61,207 nucleotides of DNA from Octopus sinensis (Eukaryota). Below are positions 38,811 to 50,038 of this stretch, in pieces. Both the position numbers and the translations under genes were made by a program. Position 1 is the stretch's first letter; each line of letters begins with the position of its first letter. The DNA is taken from NCBI RefSeq assembly GCF_006345805.1, contig NW_021832386.1, forward strand, positions 1-61,207. The letters are read 5' to 3'. A model generated the notes under the pieces. That model was not told the DNA's origin, searched no databases, and worked only from the letters and a program-made list of their open reading frames with translations.

Positions 38811-40055
38811 TGTATGTATACCTATATGTGTGTGTGTATAGGCAGATATGTTTGCCTGAATATACTTATGTGTACGTACACGTGTCGATGGTTAGAGAGA
38901 GAGGGGAGAGAGAAAGAGGGAGAGAATGAGAGACAGACAAGCAGTCAGGCAGACAGACATATTCTAAAACAATGTAAAACAAAAAGAACGAATCTTCTGT
39001 AAAAATGGTCAACCAAGAATGAATTCCTCGCTTCTGTTGTAAAAGACATCTTGAAAATTATATTTGGACAGATAACAGATGTCTTGTATTTGGTTACAAT
39101 GTAATTTTACAGAAGAATGAAAATTTGCTTCTTTGAAATGAATAGTTTTGTCTAAGAATATTAAATGGATTTGTGAAAAAGAATGGTTTTTCAGTATGAA
39201 ATCTCAAACGAATCGTTGTCACTGTCTGTGAGACTCTTGAATATTTGTTTCTTCCTGAAGTACTTGCAGCGTAATGTCACTACAGAACTGAAGAATTGGG
39301 GGTAGCACGTTCAAAAGATATTAAATGATCCAGTTACATTGTCGATGTGTCGGCCGTAGACTAAATCTCTGCTATAAAAGCAAAGTCCACTACCCGGCTT
39401 TGTGGATACCCTTAATGCAGTCCACTTAGTTTCTGGGCTGCAGATTTTCCAACCAATTCCCTGATTTGAGGATTATACACACACATTCGCACGCAGGCAC
39501 ACACACATACATATTCTTTCACGCACTCATATTGATAAATATTGATATATAAACTGAAGTTTTTTGGGGTATTTTTGCAGTAACCAGTAGGTGACAGTTG
39601 TGTCCTTTCTTCTGCCACACCCACCACTGCTACAAAACTTCAAGATCACGTTCATAGATTATGTACAACGTTCCTCTTGAAGTAACCCGGAAACACAGAT
39701 AATACATTTGCTATAATTTGAGGTGGGGTTCTTCGTTTTCTTCTGCATAATCGTCGTCGTCGTCGGCGGCGGCGGCGGTGGCGATATCACGTAAATGTCC
39801 ATGAGATTAGATGAATAAATTATACATTGTTTCTATAGTAACTTAAATGATGAATGTGTGAAACAATTTCTGACGGATTTTCATCAACAATTCAAATCTC
39901 GATAACTGATCAGATTTCAATGTGCTTACAAATATTTTTGTTTCTTTTTATGTCTTTGCGCCGCTTTCCTTCTTTAATCGTTTGAATAATCGGCAGCGCG
40001 AAACTCACGGTAATGATACACGAGCCGGCAATTTATTATTATTATTATTATTATT

Positions 40056-40609
40056 GAGTGAGAGAGCAGTGCATGCCATCAAAGTGACACTGGGGTAAAA
40101 TATACGAAGCCCAGTATACCCATCATGACTACCCGTCTGGTAAGGGTACACCAGGCACATGCATCACAACCATATGTGCGCGGCATGATGATCTCATATC
40201 AAAATAAACAGCACATGACCTTGCAGGTGGGGCCCAGTTAGAATTTTCTTCAGGTTGAGTAGCCCATCCTGCTCAAAAGGTCCCTGAATAAGGGTTGTTT
40301 AAGGATGTTGAAAGAACCACCCATGTTTCCAGAGGTGAATTATTCAAACCCTAAAGAATCCCTCTCAACACATGGCTATGATGCTCCCCCACTACTTCTG
40401 CTCGTGATCAGAGATGCACATATCATTAGCTACTAATGGACATGCTCAACTGGTTAAGGTCAAACAACTGACAAGCAAATCTGTGGTATTGAGCAGAATA
40501 TTTGCTGTAGCCCATCTTTTATACCAAGACAAAACAATGTAAATCATAACACTTCCAATCAGTTAAACTCAGAAGCCATGAGAGCCACTGCCTGGTACTG
40601 AATCAGGGC

Positions 40610-40610
<1 letters not shown>
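40056..40610. mobile_element. Non-coding repeat-like element bracketed by (TTA)n on both sides
   Basis: About 555 bp of complex sequence lying between two (TTA)n runs; no ORF homology seen. Confidence 0.4.
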
Positions 40611-40683
<73 letters not shown>

Positions 40684-40694
40684 TATTATTATTA

Positions 40695-40841
40695 TTAGCA
40701 AGATGCTTAGCGGTGTTTCGTCTGATGCTACGTTCTGAGTTCAAATTCCGCCGAGGTCGGCTTTGATTTTCATCCTTTCGGGGTCAATAAATTAAGTACC
40801 AGTTGCGTACTGGAGTCGATCTACTCGACTGGCCCCTCCAG

Positions 40842-40845
<4 letters not shown>
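40695..40845 (+). mobile_element. SINE family 2, truncated
   Basis: GCTTAGCGGTGTTTCGTCTG...CTGAGTTCAAATTCCGCCGAGGTCG...CATCCTTTCGGGGTCAATAAA. Confidence 0.85.
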
Positions 40846-40854
<9 letters not shown>

Positions 40855-40901
<47 letters not shown>

Positions 40902-41500
40902 GCCTTTACAACGCTGGAGATGTACTGTGGTGTCAGCTGTTCACAACCAGTGAACTAAGGTAATAACCCTTATTTTTCGAGCACCTTCCGGAGTATTCCA
41001 GCGGTTCCAAGCAGTGCTGTTTTCTGCAAGTGCTCCACCTTTATTGCAGCCCCTCTTTGTTCCACTTACTTCTCGAGATTTTTGCTGACTATTCCCAGGG
41101 CTCCGACAATTATTGGTACTACTTTTACCGTTTTCATCGACCACAACTGCTCAACTTCCCAAGCTAACCTGTCAGATCAGGTCTGTTGTGCTTACATTTT
41201 ATTAAGGTCTTCACTGGGACATTCCACCAGCATTCCTTTCTATTATGAGTGGCTATGGCTTCTACCATTTTGTGGGTTCTTATTTCTTTGTCTTCGGGAT
41301 TGTCCTTCCGACGGATTTCATTATAGAGTGTCCTAGCTACAACATCATCGGTAGATAATACCGTGATGGCATTTTAGGACAACTGCTTATGATGTGGGTG
41401 ACGTCTTCAGTGTGAACTCCACAAAGTCTGTATCGGTTGTCACATTTTAAGGCTTTCCCCGCATCTCCATCCCTTTTGTGCATCAGGTACTTTGTTGGAC
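40855..41500 (-). mobile_element. R4/Dong-like RLE fragments: family A (about 41172-41490) joined to the 3' end of family B (about 40880-41162) with an (AAT)n tail
   Basis: Family A: CDNRYRLCGVHTEDVTHIISSCPKM, ECWWNVPVKT, KHNRPD. Family B: WEVEQLWSMKTVKVVPIIVGALGIV...LQKTALLGTAGILRKVLEK*. Confidence 0.82.
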
Positions 41501-41856
41501 CAGCCAGGGGTGAAATTCAGACTTCACAGTCAATTTAAAAATATTAAATATATCTAAGCACTCTACTCAGCGTATTGAGTTCTATATTAGATAGTATTTT
41601 AAACCACGTAAAAATATAGTTTTAATGTTCTTTTTTATATTTCAATATAAATTTGTTTTACAACTGTTACATTACTGTATGTGTATTAGTGTGTGCGTGT
41701 GTGCATGTGTGTGTGTGTACGTGTATGTGTTTATGTGTATTTGTGTGTCTATACATGTATATGTGCTTATACATGTGTATATTTGTACATATGTATGTGT
41801 TTTTGTCGGTACCTGCATATACGTGTTTGTGTGTGTGTGAGTACGTGTGTCTGTGC

Positions 41857-41906
<50 letters not shown>

Positions 41907-42157
41907 AAATGCTTGTATATGCGCCCGTGTATATGTCTATATGTGTATATATGCATATGTGCGTGTACGTACATAAATATTTGCGTGTTTCTGCATATGT
42001 GTGTGTTGTGTCTACGTACGAGCGTGTACCTATATATATATGTGTGTGTGTATTTGTGTGTGTGTGTGTATGTGCTTGTGTGTGTCTGAATATGATGTAT
42101 TGCGATGTGATTGCTTTCACACTTTTTTATGAAAATTCGTGATTATATTGATATTAC

Positions 42158-42214
<57 letters not shown>

Positions 42215-42583
42215 CATCATCACCTTTGTTGTTGTTATAACTGTTATTGTTGTTGTCGAATAACAGTGTTTGTTTCTTTAATGTTTGTGTCAACAGGAAC
42301 CATAAAACAAACAACAGGAATTAAATACTACCATTGTTGTTGTTGTCATTATTATTATATTATTATTATTATTATTATTACTGTTGTTGTTGTTATGTAA
42401 TGTTTAAGGTTTCAGACTTTATGAGGTTTTGTTGGGTTTTTTTTTATTTATTTTGTCTCGTTTTTCTTCACATTTGTCTCTATAGGGTATTTTATTAATT
42501 CGATACTTTACTCTCATATCGCTGTCTGTGTGTCTGTCTGGGCGCGCGCGTGCACGAATGTATATATATATATATATAATATA

Positions 42584-42638
<55 letters not shown>

Positions 42639-42844
42639 CATATATATATATATATTAATGTATGGACGTATATATGTATATCAATATATAATGATTATGT
42701 ATATATGTATGTGTATCTGAATATATATATCTATATAGATAGGTAGACGGGTAGGTGGGCAGGGTGACACACAGACACAAGCAGACAGACAGACACATAG
42801 ACAGACTGACAGACAGACAGATTGAGAAATAGATAGATAGATAA

Positions 42845-42948
<104 letters not shown>

Positions 42949-43094
42949 GTACGAACGTACATATGAATATATAACGTACTGTATGAACATACACATATAT
43001 ATATATATATGTCACGCCCGTAAATGTTATATTCATGTGACGTGTGCATAAGCGTTGAAACGACTGGAAAATATTTTCTGCATATTAATTATAT

Positions 43095-43229
43095 ATCAAA
43101 ACAGGAGATTGGGGAAATGGATGATATTATTTATTCATCATTACACATGTCGTAACTCCTATTAGCAAATGAAACATGTGTAATGGTGAATGAATAATGT
43201 CAACCATTTCCCCATTCTCCTGTTTTGAT
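43095..43229. repeat. 135-bp inverted repeat (56-bp arms, 23-nt loop)
   Basis: 43095-43150 matches the reverse complement of 43174-43229 at 51 of 56 positions. Confidence 0.92.
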
Positions 43230-43939
43230 GTCTGATGTTAGATAGCTTTTGTCATGCAAACAAAATATATTTGTAAATCAACAACAAAGTCGCATTTTAA
43301 AACTTTAAATATCAGACCAGGGTGTTTGTTGCTTACTGAACGTGCTATCAAGGCAGTGAGAGAGACAGAGACAGAGAGAAAAGAAAGTGGAAGGGGAAGG
43401 GAGAGAGAAACTAAAGGAGAGGGAAAGGAAGGAAGAGAGAGAGAGAAAGGATGGGAGAGAGAGAGAGACGAATGGAGAGGGGGAAGGAAGAGAGAGAGAG
43501 AAAGGAAGAGAGACGAAGAGAGAGAGACAAAGAAAAAGAGACAAAGAGATAAAGAGCAAGAGAGAGAGATAAAGAAAAAGAGAGAGAGTGACAAAGAAAG
43601 AGAGAGAGAGACAAAGAAAGAGAGAGAAAGAGAAAGAAAAAGAGAGAATCTATGTACTTCATGAAAAGAATCCCTTTTTTTCTAAGTTGGTGTTTTTGTT
43701 TTCTTTTTCTCTCGTTAAAAAGAAAGAGAATATCCGTATATGGTCCCGTTCCGGCTTTATTAAACCTTATCAGCACCAAGTTTCTTTTGTTTCGCTTTAA
43801 ACTAATCCACCAAAAAGTCTTTTAAGAGGTGAAATCAATCAGTATCGATATTTTTCTGTTCTTCTATTCTCATAGAATGACAGAGAGAGACCGTTTTCAT
43901 TTTTGCTTTTCTTTTTATCGTATTCTTTTATTCTTTTAT

Positions 43940-44134
43940 TTGTTTGGGTTATTTGATTGCGGCCATGCTGGAGCACCGCCTTTAGTCGAACCAATCGATC
44001 CCAAGACTTATTCTTTGTAAGCCTAGTACTTATTCTATCGGTCACTTTTTGCCAAACCGCTAAGTTACTGGGACAGAAACGTAGCAACATCGATTGTCAA
44101 GCGATGGTAAGGGGACAAACACCACACACGTATA

Positions 44135-44227
<93 letters not shown>

Positions 44228-44365
44228 GACGGGTTTCTTTCAGTTACCAAATCCACTCACAAGGCTTTGGTTGGCCCGGGGCTGTAGTAGAAGACACGCA
44301 GTGAGACTGAACCTGGAGCCATGTAGTTGGCAAGCAAACTACTTACCACACAGCCACTCCTGCAC
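43940..44365 (-). mobile_element. SINE family 1 with an expanded internal (TA)n
   Basis: Tail GCGGCCATGCTGGAGCACCGCC and head CTTACCACACAGCCACTCCTG. Confidence 0.87.
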
Positions 44366-44469
44366 CGAGTGATTCTGATATAAAACTAGCAATTTAGTGT
44401 CCGTGTGACTTCTGTAATGTCGAAACCTTAATCTGGAATGGACGACCACAGGATGTTCAATGTTTCCAG

Positions 44470-44900
44470 GAGGATATATTCTTATATGGATAGAAATCAA
44501 CAATATCAAAGAGCATGAATCTGCACGGCTTTTTTTGTTCTCGACATCACGGAAGGAATTGGTAACGGTGCCAGCGCAGTTCGGTGGGACTAATGCAGGA
44601 AGCTTTCTGTTATCAGAATTGAAGTCAGCGAGGATATCGTACTTTCTACGCCTATCTTTCATTTTTAGAAAGATTGATAAATCTATATTTAGGGTTGGGG
44701 GGAAAATTATACTTCTGATCATTAAGAGTGAAATAGGTGCTGCATGGCGATGTAATTTGCGTGTTGTTCTATCGTTGACAGGCTGGCGAGATCTTTCGCT
44801 TCAATGTTTACGTCGATGTACGTTGCAGAACTCCAGTAATCGGTGCAACCTTTGGCAGTCATCACGTGATCTAAACTAGCTTATAGTTGTACACACCATT
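44470..44900 (-). mobile_element. Penelope-like reverse transcriptase fragment, degenerate
   Basis: Minus remnants NFPPNPKYRFINLSKNE, SFRDVENKK and RFMLFDIVDFYP match the Penelope RT pattern NPKCRLINP...FDIVDFYPS. Confidence 0.72.
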
Positions 44901-45000
44901 CAGTGACAAGTTTTATTTAGAAACCATGCTTGCCTCACCAGTTAACATCAATGCATTCGAACGATCAGACGTGTTTTTGCGACTGTGAACACGAAATATT

Positions 45001-45393
45001 CTTTTCTACTCTAAGCACAAGGCCCGAAATTTTGGTGGAGGGGGCCAGTCGATAGGATCGACCCCAGTACGTAACTGGTGTTTAATTTATCGACCCTGAA
45101 AGGATGAAAGCAAAGTCGACCTCGGCGGAATTTGAACTCAGGGCGTAGACAGACGAAATACCTATTTCTTTATTACCCACAGGGGGCTAAACACAAACAG
45201 GACAAACAAGGACAGACAAACGGATTAAGTCGATTACATTGACCCCAGTGCGTAACTGGTACTTAATTTATCGACCCCAAAAGGATGAAAGGCAAAGTGG
45301 ACCTAGACGGAATTTGAACTCAGAATGTAACGGCAGACGAAATACATAAGCATTTTGCCTGATGTTCTAACGATTCTGCCAGCTCGCCGCCTT
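45001..45393 (-). mobile_element. Composite (dimeric) SINE family 2 insertion with a 17-bp TSD
   Basis: TGTGAACACGAAATATT at 44984-45000 and 45394-45410 flanks two SINE bodies with different 3' tails. Confidence 0.85.
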
Positions 45394-46099
45394 TGTGAAC
45401 ACGAAATATTAACATATACAACTTGTTTCAGTCATTAGATCGCGGCCCTGCTGGGGCACCACCTTGAAGTGTTTTTAGTGGAATTAATCTAACCCTTTAC
45501 TTAATATTTTTCAAAGCCTGGTACTTATTCGCCGAACTGCTAAGTTACGGGGACATAAACACACCAACACCGGTTGTCAAGCGGTGGTGGGCAGAAAAGA
45601 TATGTATGAGCGAGTGTATAACTTTCAATGTGAATGTATTTTGATATGAATGTATTTGTGTGTATGAGTGTGTATATATAAGAGAGAAAAGGAAAAAGAG
45701 AGAGTTTACCTATAATACAGTGAAATCATAAAAAGACAATCAAGAAAATAGCTTATTGATATTTCATTAAAACCATAAAAGTCAATGATTTTAATTCACC
45801 TCAGATTTTTTGAATGTTCAATAAAAAGTGAATTAAATTTTAAAATAAATGTCTATACTCTTGTTTGTGTGTGTGTGTGCGTGTGATTATTTCTTGTTTT
45901 TTTTTTGTAGTTGTTATTGGATGCCAGATCATCTTTGAATCGAGAAGCCTATAATCAAAGTAAATCCAACCATGACCATCCTCTTGAAGCAATATTGTTT
46001 TCTTCATTGCTATCTTCACCGTTTGAGAGAAATATTAAGAATGATCTCGTTTGAGATTACAAACATCTTTGGCTCGTTTAACCTTGTTGTGTCCACTGA

Positions 46100-46280
46100 T
46101 CTGATTGGTTAGCATCTAAGCGCGGTCTGTCTCTCTACTTATTTCGCGCCACTGGCCAAAGCCAACCAATCACGGCCTTTGGTTAAGGTCCCATTTCTGA
46201 GGCTCGTTTGAGCCACCCAACCTGTATATAAGGGAGTGTTCTCAGACACTTTCGTCTTTGGTTCCAGTCCTTATAAGGGC
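46100..46280 (+). promoter_or_regulatory. Putative RNA polymerase II promoter (two CCAAT boxes, TATA box, CArG box)
   Basis: CTGATTGGTT at 46101-46110, AACCAATCAC with CCAAT at 46166-46170, TATATAAG at 46225-46232 and CCTTATAAGG at 46269-46278, in unique CpG-retaining sequence. Confidence 0.5.
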
Positions 46281-47180
46281 TAACCTCTGACCACAGAGCT
46301 ACTCAACATGTTCCAGTCACAGCGACAGACGATCAGCCACGACGATGCTAATGTATACCCGCAACAGAAAACCAATTTCTATCTCCGCCGCCGTCGTCAC
46401 CATCATTGTACCAACTTCAAGTCGCCATCTACGAAGATTCAACTTGTTCACGACAAGATAAATACAGATTCAACTCATGCTGTTAGTGTGAAAATCTCAC
46501 CACGGAAAAACAGTTGCAGTATATATATCTGAAAGAATATCTATATCAAGAGAAAGATAATCACAAATGATTCAACTAATCTCAGCTCCGAGACACATCT
46601 TGATATTGAACGCTTACACTTCGTGTACCTCATGAACAGTAAATCAATTTCCATCATTAACTCTATGCTCTGTACCTTCTATGCCACATGCATTCACCCT
46701 TATTGTATCTGTCACACACAGGAACACACAGACACGAAAACGTGTTGCATGCACACACACACGCACTTGCTAGCACTCACAACCTTCTAACCTTAACACC
46801 CATTGTAAATAAAATAATATCTATCTCTCAAACAGTGGAACGGCTTGTCGTCAATTCATCTATATTCTTTTGGCACTGCGTGTATAAATTTGTACTAATG
46901 GTTTATCTACATTCGTTAGGAATGCGACCACGTGCGATTGTAGTTCCTACACTATCTATACAAGATTAACGATCAGCTACATTAATAATATATCCTGTCC
47001 TTTCACAAAACATTCACATTAAAAAATACTTACAAAAACCTGCGTATGCGACTAAATTGTAAAATTGTTTCTGATGAATTTCTTCTCGCCAAAAGCGCCA
47101 TCAAAACCGTTCACGTTAGCATCAACTTCAGTAGAAAGGTCACTTTTGGAAAGTCTCTCTTACTGTAAAGTATTCTTGTT

Positions 47181-47758
47181 TATTGGGTTGGTGCATAATT
47201 ATTGCGGGTTTTTTTCAGCAAATTTTATTCAACAAAAACAATAACATCATGTAACAAAAACATCTTTAAATGATTATTCCGGAGCATATTCCCCATCTAT
47301 GGGGGCGCAATAGCCCAGTGGTTAAGGCAGCGGACTCGCGGTCGGAGCATCGCGGTTTCGATTCCCAGACCGGGCGTTGTGTGTGTTTATTGAGCGAAAA
47401 CACCTAGAAGCTCCACGGCAGGGGGTGGTGGCGACCCCTGTTGTACTCTTTCGCCCCAACTTTCTCTCACTCTTTCTTCCTGTTTCTTGAGTAACACTGC
47501 GATGGACTGGCGTCCCGTCCAGCTGGGAGGAACACATACGCCACAGAAACCGGGAAACCGGGCCCATGAGCCTGGCTAGGCTTGAAAAGGGCGCATAAAT
47601 AAATAAAATATTCACCATCTACTTCAATTACTGCTTCCTGTTTGCTTGGCAGACGGTCAGACCGCCATTTAAAGATGTTTTTTCTTACATGTTGTTATTG
47701 TTTTTGTTGAATAAAATTTGTTGAAAAAAAGCCGCAATAATTAGGCACCAAGCCAATA
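47181..47758. mobile_element. Mariner-derived MITE with long TIRs (about 95 bp), interrupted by a SINE
   Basis: Starts TATTGGGTTGGTGCATAATTATTGCGG and ends CCGCAATAATTAGGCACCAAGCCAATA; a sister copy lies at 60492. Confidence 0.88.
47300..47607 (+). mobile_element. tRNA-derived SINE (family 4) with a 14-bp TSD
   Basis: A-box TAGCCCAGTGG, B-box GGTTTCGATTCCC, body motif GCGATGGACTGGCGTCCCGTCCAG and a TAAA tail. TSD ATATTC(C/A)CCATCTA at 47286-47299 and 47608-47621. Confidence 0.9.
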
Positions 47759-48519
47759 AATAATACTGTACAGTAAGTGGGAGAGACTTTCCAAAAGTGA
47801 CGTTTCTACTGAAGTTGATGCTAAACCAATATTTATTAAACAAATCTATTTTTGGTAGCAGCGTCAAAGTTTTTGTTTTGTTTTGTTTGTTTGTATTTTT
47901 ACCAAAGATGTTTGTTTGTATCACTCACCATCGCGTTATTCCAAACAGTTCTTCAGACTGTCTTTGGGGTTTTTTTCACTTGAGGTTTACGGAAAACCCT
48001 TAAACATCTCTAAACGATGAGATTGTTTCTAATGAATTTCTAATTGCCAAAAGCGCCATCAAAACCATTCTCGTTGGCATCAACGTCCACAGAAACATCG
48101 CTTTCGGAAAATCTGTCCAGTTCTATATTTCTATTTTTTTCTTTTTTTTTTCTTCTTTTTTTACTTGTTTCAGTCATTTGACAGCGGCCATGTCGGAGCA
48201 CCGCCATAAAAAATTATCTGTCAATATATTTATTTTTTGTATCAATGTCAAAATTTTTTTTAATTTTAATTTTTATTATTTTTCTTTTTTTTTACCAAAG
48301 ATGGTTCCATTATGACTCACCAACATTTCGTTATTCCAAAAAATTTCCCAAACCGTTTTGGTGGAAAAGCCTGAAATAAATTCTCATCCATCTATTTAAT
48401 GGTTTCAACATAACACGACACAGAATTTTTTTTAAAAAAAACTTTTTTTAATGATCAAAATGTAATCCAAACACAGGAGTGATATGTTAAACGTCTTGCC
48501 ATGTCAAGAAACAACAACA

Positions 48520-48974
48520 ACAATAATAATAATAATCCTTTCTACTAAAGGTACAAAGCCTGGAATTTGTAGGGAGAGGACGAGTCGATTACATTGAAAC
48601 CAGTATGCAACTGGTACTTAATTTATCAACCCTGAGAGGATGAATAGTAAAGTCGACTTCGGCGGAATTTGAACTCAGAACGCATGGACAGAGACTATAC
48701 CGCTAAGCATTTCGCCCAGCATGTTAATGATACTGCCAACTCGCTGCCTTTAATAATAATAAGAAGAAGAAAATTTGTTACAAGGGCAGCGATTTTGGTG
48801 GAGGAGATGAGTCGATTACATTGACACCAGTACGTAACTGGTACTGCTTTCATCGGCCCCGAACAGATGAAAGGCAAAGTCGACTTTGGTGGAATTTGAA
48901 CTCAGAACGTAGTGACGGGCGAAATACCGCTCTGCACTTCGACCAGCGTGGTAACGATTCAGCCAGCTCACCGC

Positions 48975-49012
<38 letters not shown>

Positions 49013-49414
49013 TAATCAAGGGAGTGAGCTGAAATCAAATTTCGCCAAGGTCGAGTTTCCTTTTTATCCTTTTGGGATCGATAAATTATCAGTTGTGTAC
49101 TGTGGTTGATCTAATCGATTTCCCCTCCCCCAAAATTTCAAAAAAGGATTATTACAATTATTAGTGAGTTCAAATTCCGCCGGGGTCAACTTTGCCTTTC
49201 ATCCTTCGGGGTCGATAAATAAAGTACCAGTGAAACACTGGGGGGGGGCGATGTAATCAACTAGTCCCCTCCCCCAAAATTCCAGGCCTTATGCCTTTAG
49301 TAGAAAGGATTGTTATTATTGCAACAAACACATTTGTGCATTTCCAAAGGGCCATGATTATTCGTATTTTTTTATTAGCCTCAAGTCAACAAAAAGGAGA
49401 CATTACAAATACAC

Positions 49415-49445
<31 letters not shown>

Positions 49446-49466
49446 TATGTAGACAGACAGACTGTA

Positions 49467-49501
<35 letters not shown>

Positions 49502-49995
49502 TTCTCACAAACTGGATGGTAGGAGGCACTGTTACACTTAAGATTTGACAAACCTCCTACCACTACTACTTTCATCTCCTTTGGAACAAGTTTCATATGG
49601 AAGGTGAAGGCACGTGGCTAACTGGTTACGGTATTCAGCTCACAATCGTAAAGTCGTGAGTTCGATTCCTGGTGTCACACTGTGTCCTTGAGCAAGACTC
49701 TTTATTTCATATTGTTCCAGTTCACTCAGCTGGCAAAAATGAGTTATACCTGTAATTCACAAGGGGCCAGCCTTGTTGTATTTTGTGACATGCTGAATCT
49801 CTTTGAGAACTATGTGAAGGGTGCGTGTGTCAATGGAATACTCAGCCACTCGCACATTGATTTTACAAGCAGGCTGTTCCATTGATCGGATTGACTGGAA
49901 TCCTCGTCATCATCACCAACAATGTGTCAGTTTTATACGGAATGTATATCACAGACAAACATTTATATTCAAATGTAAAAAAAATAACAACAATA

Positions 49996-50038
<43 letters not shown>

